Source: Schmidtea polychroa
Lineage: Eukaryota
Length of the DNA stretch: 64,000 nucleotides
Reading direction: 5' to 3'
NCBI GenBank assembly: GCA_044892525.1
Contig: CM097888.1
Span: forward strand, 72,664,001-72,728,000
The position numbers and the translations under genes are program-made. Within the stretch, counting starts at the first letter, position 1. Every line of letters begins with the position of its first letter. Shown in pieces: positions 38,110 to 50,282 of this stretch. Below the pieces are notes generated by a model that was not told the DNA's origin, did no database searches, and saw nothing but the letters and a program-made list of their open reading frames with translations.

Positions 38110-41100
38110 GTTATTTATTATTTATTCATTCAAAAGCTTGAAGACTATGAATCAGTAAATATATCGATGTTTTTGATATATTTACTGATTCAGTCTTCAA
38201 GCTTTTGAATAAGTACAACGGAAAAGAAATCAGTGGTGAAATTTGAAAAAAAATGTTCTTATAATATGAATCAATAAAGATATAAAAAACATCGATATCT
38301 TTACTGGTTCACAGTCAAATTTTTAATAAATACAATGTCAATTGAAAAGAAATCAGTGATAAAAATTGAAAAAAAGTTCTTATATTATTATTATTGAATA
38401 AATAGTTAAACGTACATGACAATGATTTAATTATAAGATAACGCCAATCAAACATTCTTTTCATGATATATTTCGACAGTTTTCTTGTCATCATCAGGTG
38501 GGATTATAATAACTATATAAATTAAAGATTTTAAACAAATTTATTAAATTATTAATTTTTTATAAAAATTTATTAATTAATTAATTTAATCAATACATAC
38601 AATATACAAAAAATTATTTAAAAACATTTAAAACACAAGTATTCAATGCATTCTGCACATTAATTTTTGGATTCAATGACTTTATCGATAACGCCTCACA
38701 ATATACACAATATTCCCTATAATTATCGAATTTTTTTAATAAAATTTTAGAATCAGACATACCTATTTTAGTCTTACTGCCCTTATTGTGCTCACTAATA
38801 TGGGTCAAAGCCTTCGGTCTACAATGTTCTCGAGCTCGAATGCAGTGATGACGGGAAGCCTCTCCAATGTATGTGGCATTACACCCATTACATGTAAACT
38901 GATAAACGCGATCGGAACACAATTCGACTGGAGTACTTGTGTACTTTCCATGAAGTTGACACTATCCTATAGTTTAAATTCCCTAACTGCTTTCTTATCT
39001 TCACTTTATCATCCTTAAAACCTTCTGAGTACGGCAATACTAACACAAATTTAGGCTCATCATCCTTGCTCACACTATTTAATTTATTTAACTCATCAGA
39101 CTCACACACCTCAACAACTTCACACCCAGATTTTCTCAAACATTGTAGACCGAAGGCTTTGACCCATATTGGTGAGCACAATAAGGGCTGTAAGAGTAAA
39201 ATAGGTATGTCTGATTTAAAATTCTATTAAAAACATTCGATAATTATTGGGAACGTGTATATTGTGAAGCGTTATTGATAAAGTCATTGAATCCAAAAAT
39301 CAATGTACAGAATCCAGTGAATACTTGTGTTTTAAATGTTTTGTGAAATTAATTAATTAATAAAATTTTTTAAGAAATAATATATAATTTTAATTAATTT
39401 TTAAAAATGAAATATTTTTATTAAATAATATAAAAAAAATTTTTTTTAAATAAATAAATAAAAAAAATCACTAAATTATTGGGTTCGGTAGTGCTCTTAT
39501 GAATAATTTCTTTATTATTTCTTCATTTTTAGAAGGATCTTCTAGAAATTTTTCTTAATTGCTCTTGATGCTTTGAATTAGTTTCTGTGGCTTTATTTGG
39601 CTTAAACTGGTATTTTAAAATATAACAATCAAACTGATTGTATCAGTATCATATTAATTTCCATATGACTCTTTGCTTGTTAATATGGATTCCATTTGAT
39701 AGTGTAGAAACCTGCTAGAAACTTTTCGAATAGTAAGGCATTTTTTAGTTGTTTGTCAAGTGAGTTTCGACATATTCTTCCTCGTTCGTGCTATATTCTT
39801 ATGATACCATTTAGTTATGAATTCAAAAATAACAAATTACACAATGCTAACTATTTTCCAGCTCTACTTTACTGTTTCGAATTATAAAATATAATTTCCT
39901 TGAATTCCAATTTAATTTATAACTATATAATTACGGGATACTACACCTTCATACGATTTGATAAACTAGGTATCAGGTTCTTCTCAAGTGACAACTGTTT
40001 AAATTTCGTTAAAATCAATAAATTGGGCTTTTTATTTAGAAATTAATTATTTTCATCAAAAATCATTGAAATAAAATCCATTGAATTTAACTGAACACTG
40101 AAATAATCAAATTCAATATCATGATCATAATTCCTTCTGCATCATTTAAATCAAAACCAAAATCTCTATGTTTAAAACTGTTTTAAAAAGTTATTGGACT
40201 AATATAATTTATTTCTTGATTCAACAATATATACGCGTGTTAAAGAGAGTAACTATACTAGATCAAAAGTTGAAGGCGTTGTTCAAATATTCTTGCTATA
40301 ATTCATGCTAAATTATTGACGACATAATCTGCCATTATTCACAGGAAATCAACATTTCTCGGGAATCTTGGCATAGCACTTTTCCTAATTATCAGAGATT
40401 TTAACTTATCTCCAACTGCATTCACAGCTAATATCAAATTTATCCGTTCTTTCCTTGTGTATCTGTCATTTAATGCATCAAATCTAGTGTGTTACTTTTC
40501 CAGACATTTTTGACTCCCGGGATTCTGGATTTCACTGTTATTAATTTTTACAATAAAAAATTTGGGGTTTTGTTTGTTTAAAATGAATAATATATTTAAA
40601 TTCCATTCAATCACATTAAATCACTTAAGTTTGATTGAAATCATAACAAATCAAACTATAAAAAAATTTAATTAATTTAAATTTGATTCATTTAAGGAAA
40701 TAAATCAAAAATTATAGTACCTGTTATGATTTGACATGATGATTTAACAAAATTCAAATATTTATTTTATCACAATTAATGTTTTTCTAATCACAACAAT
40801 TCTCCCCTCCTAATTTGATTGCCATGCTGGTTTTAGACGATCGACTGATACATTCTCCCCATTCTATTTTGGCTGCTTTTCTAATACACGAAACGGACCT
40901 GTATATGGAGCTTCTAATGATTTTCTTACATCTTTTCTTATATACACGAATTCACAGTCATTATAGATTCTGGGATCGTCATACCATCTTGCAATGGTCT
41001 TTCGATTATTCTGAAGCTCTCGATAATTTCTTTTAATTGATGTGGAGAGGCTTCTTTTGGGGAATTAAACATAATTCCTGGTACAGCAGGATTACATCCA

Positions 41101-44100
41101 AATGCTTTATGTGCCGTAGAGTAACCTGTTGAATCGGGACTGTTCCTTTTCGTTAGTTTTATCCATTGAAGCCATAACTTGAGATTTTAGTGTCCGATGG
41201 AAGGTTTGTTATGGCGCTTTGATATGACGATATACTTTTGATTTTGACTGACACCACATCTGAACATCCTTTGTCATCTTGTGACATGTATATGAGCTCA
41301 ACAGCAATCTTTTGGTCCTTCGTATTCCTGGATGAGCGACATTGTGAATCATCTGAAAAACTTTCATCTGAGACTCGGAGGTAATATTAATTTCCCATAA
41401 TTCATCTTTATTATGCTTCAACTCTTCTTTCTGCTTTTGTAGTATCTCTTCATTTGGCCAGCGGTAAACGTTTTCTGAAACTAATTGAACGTCTGTTCTA
41501 GAGAGTGCATCAGCAACTTGGTTTTTATTTCCAGGGCAGTAAACTATCTTGCATTGAAATTCTTGAATATATTGGAGATGTCTCCATTGTTTGTTGCTTG
41601 GGTCTTTACAAATTCAGTGGCTTCGAGAAAATGATGGAAGTGCTTGTATATTACAAGTAATTCTCTGTCGTATGTACTGTATCTTGATTCTGTCTTCCTT
41701 AACAGTTTGCTAAAAATGATATTGATCGCTCGTTTTGCAACAATACCTGATCCTGAGGCATCTGTTCTCAAGGTAGTAGGTTCTGATTCATGAAATTGTT
41801 CTTTACAAAGTCGATGGAGCATTTCGTAATCCAAATGGCATAAAAAAGATTCGTACATACCAAACGGAGTAGTTATTGCTGTCTTTGGAATGTCATTTTC
41901 GTTCATTGAAATTTGTAGATACGCCTTTTTAAGATCGATAGTACAGAAGTATTTTTTTATTTCTCACAATCTGCAATATATCCTCGATTCTTGGAATTGG
42001 ATATCTATCAGGGATGGTTGCTGTATTCAAATTTCTTTAATCACCGCAAAATCTGTATTTTCCATTTTGATTTACAACGACTAGTGGAGAAGAAATTGGC
42101 GAGTTTGATAATCGACATTTGCCAGTGTCTACCATTTTATTAAATCAATCTTTGGCAGCTTTTAATTTGTCGCCATATAGTCGTCTTGCTGGAAATGATC
42201 TGACGATATCGTTTAAAACAATGTCATGTTGTGTTGTGATCTTGGCGCTACATTCTGATTTGTTGAAGTAACTCAACAGATTATTATCAACTATCGAATT
42301 AATTGAAACTCTTTTCAACTTGTAGTCGATTAAAGCGTGATGTGTTGCTAGAAAATCTGCACCAAGAATAGGCTGTGATACATCCCATACATGGAAAAGC
42401 CAACTAATTGTTTTGTCATCGATTCGTAAATCAATCTTCCTATTCCCATAACATTTTATTGGAGTACTATTAGGAGCTGTAAGTCGAGATGAGCACGGAA
42501 TTTCTGGCTTGAAAATTTTTCGTGGCAAACATGAAACAGATGCTTCTGTATCCACTTTTGAATACACACTTTGACGGTGGTTAATTTCGAGGCGTTTTTC
42601 CATTTCCCAGCATATATAAAGCACATCGGGATCCATCTTTCAGCTTGTCACATTTCCTGGCGTTTTTTTCATATTTACTGTGATAGAACCAAAGGCTTTT
42701 TGATTTCTGGGGAGTTTCCTTTAAATAGAATATTTCTTCTTATAATTCCGCGATTTCATCCAATTAATGCATGTATTTTAAAATTGTCATTCGAATATGG
42801 TGTTTCATTTTCCATGCTTGCCATCATCCCGTCCGCTATTGCTGCCAATTCTTCCATAGACTTTTCTTGAAAACTTGTAATTATGAGCTTAATATCCTTT
42901 GGGGGAGCTTTATAAACATGTGTCGCAATAACCGTTGGTCTGTTTTTTGGGCTTATGTGAACGCGTACTAATCCTCTGAAAAAGTTGTTTGGGCTTTAAA
43001 TCGTATAGATTAAATTTTCCAAGAGCGTACTCAATACATTTTGTCAGTGACTTGGCAAAATTCTTCACAATAATTCCTTTGATGCATTGGTAAGATTCAT
43101 TAACTGTCTCAGGAATATTGACGACGACATCTTCTGGAAGATATGCCATAACGTGATGAAATTTCGTCGAATCATTTGATATTTGAGACAATTTGAATTG
43201 GGATTCTAGCAGTCTGAACCATAGAGCCTGATTATTTCTGTAGAATGGACATGGTTTGATTGAAACATGCAAAATAGCATCTTCTGATTGTTTTTGAATT
43301 GTCATGGCGTGGTCGCCAATGTTATGATTTGACATGATGATTAAACAAAATTCAAATATTTATTTTATCACAATTCTTAGTTTTTAAACAAAATTAAATT
43401 AATATTTTGTTAAAAGGGTTTTGTGTGATTAATGCATTTCTAATCACAACAGTACCTATTGACTATTGAGTACCTATTGTGTTTGTGTTCTACTTTAGTT
43501 TATGTAATATTATACAGTTAATATTAAATATACTTAAATTTGTATTATAATACAATAATATTGTGCGAAAGTGGTAAATTTAACATGGATTCTTGCTAGA
43601 TGTGAATAAATTTTATCACAAATGAAATCCCAGGAGTGACATACTAATCAAATCTTAGAAATTTGACTGATGATTTATTACACATACTGAAAAGCTTAAA
43701 GCGATGTATGAATGAGGTAGCAACGCTGCAGATGGTCATTACCATATAAAGTTGCAAATTTGTTTCTGAAAAGGCTATAAAGAAACTAAAATGTAAAGTT
43801 TTTATAGTTTAAAAAACAAAAAAACTATTTTTATATTGTATTTCATTTCTTATGAAAAACATATTCCTTATATTTATTTATACATATGCAAATCATTTTA
43901 TTCATTCAAAATGTTCAGCACCCAAGAGTTCTTCAAAATAAATTTTGCTTGTTTGCTTAAAATTTTTAGCTATGTTGCTGAGATTACATTTAATTAGATT
44001 TGAAAGGTACTTCGATTGGCTGGGGTACTAGAAGTAAACGATTGACAGAAAATGAATCAGTTTCAAACATTAGTTGTGATGCTGTGAAATTGGAAAGTAA

Positions 44101-47100
44101 AATTGTTGATATTACAACTGACAAATCTCCAGAGGAAATAAAAACTGAAAACCTTCCCAGTGAAGGTACTTCTATGTCAATCATTGACGATGATGATGGC
44201 CTTGATACTGGAAATTATCAAGAAGCGGAAGGTGAAGAAGAAGAGGAAGATGATATACCAGAAGTTATAGTATGAGATAAAACTAATTATTTCAAATTTT
44301 AATTAAATAAAGGCCCCAAAAGACGGTGAACTTAAATTGATAGCAAGAGATCTATCTGGTGTAATGGCATTCAAAAACGAAATACAGGAAATAATTGACA
44401 GTGAGAAATTCAATGAACAGGATCGTGAAGTAAATATTTTAATTGCCATAACTTCAGCATGAATTTATTTCCGATAATATTCTATTGGACCAATGAAAAA
44501 CTTGGTTTAATTGTATTTAAATTTTAAAAAATTTGAAAATCTGCATTATTTTATCCTATATTGAGACATTCAATTAACTTTTATTTATTTGTTTGTAAAT
44601 AATTATTAATCATTTGTTAGTATTGAGACCTTTGTCATTTTGTGAGAAATTTGATACTCAAGCGTTTTTATAGAAATAAAAAACTATTACATAATTATTT
44701 GACATAGAACACTTTACAATAAATTTTAATCAATAGTTATTAATCCACTGTTATTTAAAAATCAACTTCTCCATCGTTTAATGTATAATTTACCCAATTT
44801 AAACCAAACTGTTTTACTAAATGATTTTAATTAAATTTAATATATTGATTCAAATTATTACCTAATAACTTTTAATTTTAATCGATAACATGATATTTTT
44901 ATTTTATTTGAAAATTGAATTTTATCTATTGAATGATGAATAATTTATAAAATTTAGGGCTAATCACATTTTTCCGTACACTAGATTTATTTAAATCCGT
45001 TGCAATAAATAAAAGTTTTGTTATTTAATTGAACAATATCGCATTAGTGTGTATGAGCCATTTATGCTCCTGTAGCCAGCTATCATAGAAATAGCATTTC
45101 CTTTTTTTGTTGTAATGTTCATTTTAGCAATATAGTTGATATTCTAAATAATATTTAAATAATTTCAATTCTTTATTTAATACTTAATATTAAACTGATT
45201 TTAACAAATCTTTATTAAAATTGATTTAAATCTTTGCTTTGAATTTTAACGAGAAAAAGGGAAAATGGTTAAAAGTAGGACTGTCCTACCGAAAGTAAGA
45301 CGTTTGGCATATTTTCAATGTCTTTGAGTTTCCATAAATTTATTGCAAAGTACACTAGAATTCACTTATTCTGTTTACATTTTTATTCTAAAATGATCTT
45401 TTGTTTTCTCAATGGAAACATTTATTTAATTTTACAGTTCATCTTACTGCTTCTCATACCAATAGCCTATCATCAATGAAATGTTACTTAATATCAATAT
45501 CATCTCGATAAATAATTCTACTTGAAAGTAATCTTATTCTTTTTCGTCCACAGCATATATTCACAGTATTTTCCTTTTCATCTTCAGTATCTATAGAATC
45601 CAACTGACTATCATTTGAAACCAGTATATCTTTATTTTCAGAAAATTCATCTTCACCAATTTGCGAAAACTATTCGCCAATATTATTTATATCTTCTAAA
45701 AACTTGTACTGTCTTGTTTGCTTCGACATGTATTTCTAAAGCCATCAAAATAAAATATATAATATCAAAATATTTAATACCTTTTCAAACACTAAAAAGC
45801 TAAATCCAATATAAAATTTTGATATTTTCTTGAAATTATTCTCAGCTATTTTGATTGAACTACTTTACGCAACAGTTTTTGCAGAAATGTGCAACTAAAA
45901 CTGCTTAAAACAAACGAATGCTCAAATGACCCACTGTGGTAGATAACAGTATACGACAAGTATTACTCAACATAAACAAAATAAAATATACTATATTAAC
46001 TGTAGATTAATTAGTTCGAAAAAGTCATGAAGTCAAATGTGCAAATGACCCGTTATGGTATGTCTAGTGTTAAATTTTAAAAATAGTTGCAGCTATATCA
46101 TTGCATGCTTCGAGAATTCACAAAAAAACATTTCGAATCCTCACATTTCATTAATTTTTTTACCAATAACATTCTGAATGCTTGATGTTACACTTATATT
46201 TGTTTTGTACTTGTATACAATTCGTATGGACTTTTAAAATTTACTACGAAAGAAATATCGCATAAAAAGAAATTTGTCTTTAAAAACTCTTGGTACTTCC
46301 GTGTTATCTTACCCGCAAAAATTAAATTAAAAAAGAAAACATATACCGTATATACTCGTGTATAAGCCGATCCGTATATAAGTCGAAGTGAGTTTTTATA
46401 GTCTATTTTTTGTCCAAAATCAAGTATCCGTATATAAGCCGAGGTAAAAAAAATAGCTAAAATCTGACGAATTATTTAAATAATCACAAAATCTTGTTTT
46501 TGACATGTGCACAATTTGAGAAATTCACAATTGAGCAACATGTTAGACAAAAAATTGTTTTTTGGGCGAATTTTTATTTCAAAGTATATGTAAATAATTC
46601 AACAATAATAATTTAATGCACATTTTAATAATTATTTTGAAATACTGAGTGTTTGCACCAAAGTTTTTTGCAAACAATAAATATTATAATTTACAAAAAT
46701 TGGAATGGGCAGATTAATTGTCAAAAATTTCAAAATAACTGAATACAGAGAAGAGAGAATATTTAATTCACAAAAATAATAATTAACATAAAATTGATTA
46801 AATAAATATTTTTAATCTTACAAGAGTGTTAAATTAAAATTAATGTTTTTTTGGCTGGCAAAAAATATTGGTTTTTGTTACCCGTATATAAGCCGAATGG
46901 AAAAAATTAGCTTAAAAAATTGCCCAAAATTTCTCGGCTTATACACGAGTATATACGGTAATTATTATATTTATTTTCTAAATCACAGTTACAAACTCAG
47001 CAAATGTTTGTAAAGAGTTTGTAAATGGTCATCCAGGTGACCATAAAACCACAATGTTGTTGAGAATAGTGTCGAACACATCGGCTCTGTTGCTTAGAAC

Positions 47101-48103
47101 ACGTTTGCGCCACATAAACTCACATAAATCACAGATAGCCTTAATAAATTCATGTTCAATAATGTTCAATAACGTCATCAATAATATATATTTTTATATT
47201 GTTATTTTAATTGTATTTTATAATTTAATTTTTGGGGGTAAGATAACACGGAAGTACAGAACTCTTTTGCATAATATAAATTTTTTTTTGTAAGTTTCGG
47301 TAACAATTTATACATTCTCTGCATATACAATTTCACTTTGATTACATTTTTTATTATCTCTACTTAACGATTATTGTGGTAAGTTCTGTTTAATCGACTT
47401 GTATACATTTCTAAATGTTACTCCACACTAAATGTCCTTCTTAATTAACCTGATAAAAAATGCATTTCAGGGATATGAGACTCTTATGAAAAATTTATGT
47501 AAAATCCAGCAATTCTTTGAAGTTAACGAAGCTAACCGAAAAGAAAAATGCAATCAAAGTCGTCTGAAATTAAGACTGGAAGTTGATGCATTTGAAAATA
47601 AAGAAAAACAATCCACTATCATAAATAAAGAAGAGAAAAGTTTTTCGAAATCCGATACAAAGGATTCGTATTCAGAGTTTGAATCTGATTCAAGTAGTGA
47701 ATCGGAATTCACTGCATTATCTAAACAAGGAGCGACAAGAGCTGAGCGATTAGCTCGTCGTCAAAAGCGCAAGTTTATCGATGTCGATATCAACCCCCCT
47801 AAAAGACTGAAACTCGAAAGTTCGATGGAAAATAATTACGTTCGTCCGCCAGAAAATCAGCCAATTACTCCCCAACAAGTGAAAAAGAAAGTCTATCGCA
47901 TATGTGATGATTATTTCACAGAAGATCTTGAACCGGTGCAAATTAATGAAGATGGAACACTTTTGCATTTGTCGCGGGAATTGATTAGTAATGATCGGTA
48001 TGAGCTAGCGAGGAAAATGATTGCCATGTACAAATTGAAGAATAACGCTATCATGTCACCAACTCAGAATGGGGCGACCAGACCTCTCGTTAGTAGCTCG
48101 TGA
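31087..48103 (+). CDS. BRD10: BRD10/KIAA2026-like bromodomain protein, 9 exons, about 832 aa
   Basis: Exons 31087-31252, 31301-31469, 31517-31587, 31659-31939, 37002-37448, 37499-37841, 43998-44269, 44313-44429 and 47471-48103 have GT-AG introns and all phases are compatible. The bromodomain (PFL.PID...Y...V..P..L, FVCDFRLMLFNCYRY...KLESMFEQKL) is followed by DLEYALLFP, LFKVLG, FHEIS.FQR and VVLLA...YEYVNF, which are KIAA2026-type blocks. The ATG follows an AG, so an upstream exon is possible. Confidence 0.8.
32250..32640. repeat. AT-rich imperfect tandem repeat (three units of ~125-150 bp)
   Basis: AAAAAATTTAATTAAAAAATATTTTATT(T/A)AAAAATCCATATTTAAA...AATCTGTTTAATT.TGATTTAAATTCAATTT recurs at ~32253, ~32405 and ~32530. 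Confidence 0.8.
32850..33385 (-). mobile_element. 3' fragment of an R2/NeSL-like non-LTR retrotransposon
   Basis: CRYCECLHESAAHVLNVC (CCHC knuckle) is followed by a frameshifted KPDI-type restriction-like endonuclease region and ..SPLGTW.. motifs. Confidence 0.7.
33866..34296. mobile_element. hAT MITE (431 bp)
   Basis: 16-bp TIRs match at 13/16; 8-bp TSD AGT(C/G)GTGG. Confidence 0.75.
35523..36199. mobile_element. hAT MITE carrying a Penelope fragment (~35770-36100)
   Basis: TIRs CAGT(A/G)GCGTAAC and a perfect 8-bp TSD AAATGTAC. The internal segment is nearly identical to 38820-39070. Confidence 0.85.
36462..36927 (-). mobile_element. Internally deleted Tc1-like element
   Basis: CAGTCACC...GGTGACTG|TA ends. 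The minus-strand frame reads DDGAPCHRS...VLDWPPQ and is broken by an (AT)n run exactly where SPDL is expected. Confidence 0.8.
37850..37910. repeat. (ATT)n microsatellite
   Basis: Direct reading; a second run lies at ~38080-38110. Confidence 0.9.
38128..38210. repeat. 83-nt hairpin (36-bp stem, one 2-nt bulge); family also at ~38270, ~58610 and ~60420
   Basis: ATTCAAAAGCTTGAAGAC(TA)TGAATCAGTAAATATATC-GATGTTTTT-GATATATTTACTGATTCAGTCTTCAAGCTTTTGAAT. Confidence 0.85.
38440..39345 (-). mobile_element. Penelope-like element 3' region (GIY-YIG endonuclease) with an inverted duplicate of its 3' end
   Basis: 38614-38922 (-) reads VYQFTCNGCNATYIGEASRH...RAREH...EALSIKSLNPKINVQ. 39140-39345 (+) is an inverted copy of ~38620-38820, an arrangement typical of Penelope elements. 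Confidence 0.85.
38465..38497 (-). ncRNA. Minimal hammerhead-ribozyme-like motif downstream of the Penelope ORF
   Basis: CUGAUGA-U-GACA(agaaaac)UGUC-GAAA-UAUAU-C shows the core, stem II and a self-complementary stem III. Stem I pairing is weak. Confidence 0.45.
40722..43451 (-). mobile_element. Internally deleted Ty3/Gypsy LTR retrotransposon, both LTRs present
   Basis: LTRs are 43320-43451 (132 bp) and 40722-40798 (77 bp; 55-bp deletion, 3 mismatches), with TG..CA ends and a 5-bp TSD GTACC. The PBS is TGGCGACCACG (43318-43308) and the PPT is GGAGGGGAGA (40810-40801). Coding remnants are gag (PFY...ALWF..LESQF), protease (VDTEASVS...ILGADFL), RT (DIPKTAITTPFGMYE), RNase H (TDASG) and integrase (H..AHPGI). 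Confidence 0.95.
45400..46069 (-). mobile_element. piggyBac-like remnant (one end)
   Basis: On the minus strand TTAA|CACTAGACATACC...GGGTCATTTG, with a repeated CAAATGACCC subterminal motif, followed by a decayed acidic frame. The other end was not found. Confidence 0.4.
46292..47258 (-). mobile_element. Merlin (IS1595/ISXO2-like) non-autonomous element
   Basis: Perfect 21-bp inverted core GTACTTCCGTGTTATCTTACC and an 8-bp TSD (A/G)AACTCTT. The minus strand at ~47030-47130 reads LCEFMWRKR...DVFDTIL..I...W, a Merlin transposase C-terminus. Confidence 0.8.
46346..46958. mobile_element. Tigger/pogo-type MITE nested in the Merlin element
   Basis: Perfect 25-bp TIRs CCGTATATACTCGTGTATAAGCCGA flanked by TA. 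Confidence 0.93.
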
Positions 48104-49589
48104 AGAGACTGATTTATGAATACAGATTATTAGATTAATTCCATTCTCGGGATTTTCGCATTTTGCATTTATATATTTGTAAAGATTATTATTAATACAA
48201 ATAAATTTTATAATTGTGTAATGCTTGTATATTTTGTATTGGCCAAATACATTGAATTGTGTTGTTCATTTATGATGAGCTGATTGCTTTGCTATTATAT
48301 GCTTCTTTTGCTTGGGTTGGCATTTGTAATCATTTCGAGTTCTGTTTGCAAAACATGTAGAAAATGAAAATATAATTTGTTTTGTTTGTAACGTTCTGAA
48401 AAGATTCCTCGTTGTTATATAGGAGTTTTGCTTCTAATGATTTCAAGTTATAATAGATTAGCCAATTAAAAAATTGCACTTCTTTCCTCGTATATTATTG
48501 GACGATTAGGAATGGATTTTACTAATCTATGGCAAAAATAAATATAAAGTTATGAATTTTAAAATAAGTGCAAATCAATATTTAAGGGTTTATGGCAATA
48601 GCTTTGAAAGACAATAATTAAAATTTTGAGACAGTGTTTAGTAACATTTCAAATGATAGAATTCCTTTTTCAATTGGAACTCGGCGAGGGATAAAAATAT
48701 GTGTTGGTGAAATGGTAGATCAGTGGTAATGGTAACCCCTCTGAAGTTACGTAGACTTGATTAGTCGGTTAGTTTTTGACTCCTTGTGTCCTTTTCAGAC
48801 AAATAACTAAAGCAGACTAACTTTATTCAAATTTTTTCACAATTACAATTAGTCATATTTCACCTTTCTATCAAGAGAATTTTATCGCAAGGTGGGTTGC
48901 CTTTTCTGGTACGATAATTCATAATTCTCATAAGTCCTCTAATCTGATATTATTTTCTTCGACAAACTCGTGGCTCATCTCTTCAGTTTTTTCTTTTATT
49001 ATTTTCTGAGTCATTAATCTAATATTGTGTAAACATCAATTGAAATCTTTTTGAATAATAATCACTTAGAGAGCATCACTTAAGGACATTTCCCCTCCCA
49101 TTTTAGGAGACACCAAGGTTGATGATATGGATACAGAATGTTTAAAGTTCAGGAATTTGTATGTAAACATGAAAATTTCAGCTGTAACAATTATTAAATC
49201 TTTAGGCAAGCAGCGATATCCTCAAACATATAAGTCAATTTTAGGAATTTAACAGTATCATATAATATTTATATTTTTTGATCCACTGAGTTATGTATTA
49301 TTTAAATATTATTATATTTTTGTTTATTAATCCTTCTATATATATTGAGGTGTGATTGGATTCTTGGTCTTCAACATAAACTTTTATATATATTAATATT
49401 TGTCGCCATCTGTAAAGTTTTTAAAATTTTTAATATTTATATTACTTTTTTAGATAAAATCTGTGTGATGTTTTAGATTTATTCAATTAGTCTATAAAGT
49501 AAAAAGATTATTTAAATTGTAAGGTTTATATATAAAGGTTTATATTTGTATATAAAAAAATTAATTAGGTAAGCCTAATCTAATTATAC

Positions 49590-50282
49590 CAGTCACGCAT
49601 ACCGAAGTATATGGAAGTTGATCACATGCGTAAACAATTATTTCAAGAAAAATAAGAATGTACTAAAGAAAATTGCGATGCACTATTAAAATAATTTTAA
49701 AAAAGCACTAAAATAGACCATATAAAACTAACAACTAAATTTAATCAAGAGCCACAAAATGAACATGCAAATTACTAAATAATGAGATCATTCGTATAAA
49801 CTAAGTATGGGATACCTTCAGTTTTACTTTATATTGTGAAATTATTAAGATTGTTGATATCATAAAACCTGAGTATGAAATTTAAAAATTAATTTATAAA
49901 ATTGAGAAAATTCGACAAATACAAATATTAAAATAATGCAATTCGATTTTTAAATATATAAAAATTAGGGTAAACGGAAGTATACCCCCCCCCCATATAG
50001 TCAGAGTTTATCCGACAACATATTCTGTCTCCTATGGGTACGGCTTACAAAGGTAATGAGCAGTACCCTTGTGAGAAGTACCCTTGCGACCATTATCCTT
50101 GCGAGCCGTACCCATAGGGGACAGAATATCTTGTCGGATAAACTCTGACTCAATTAAAATCCAATTTGGGGGGGGGGTATACTTCAGTTTACCCAAAAAA
50201 ATTAAATTTAATAAAAATAAATTTTATTAATGACATCAATTCATTATCCATATCTTCTAACAGACTAGGAAATATTTAACAG
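49590..50282. repeat. Direct duplicate of 52440-52864, interrupted by a MITE
   Basis: The shared block runs from AGTCAC.CAT...ATGGAAGTTGATCAC to TAACAGACT.GGAAATATTTAACAG and includes the last codons and 3' UTR of the secreted-protein gene. Confidence 0.85.
49968..50194. mobile_element. 227-bp fold-back MITE, Mutator-like
   Basis: GGGTAAAC.GAAGTATACCCCCCC termini with long internal arms. The 10-bp TSD A(T/A)AAAAATTA is confirmed against the empty site in the duplicate at ~52775-52795. Confidence 0.85.

Noticed and set aside
39480-40700. Decayed coding-like minus-strand sequence
   Set aside because: Multiple stops in every frame and no assignable motif; probably old retroelement.
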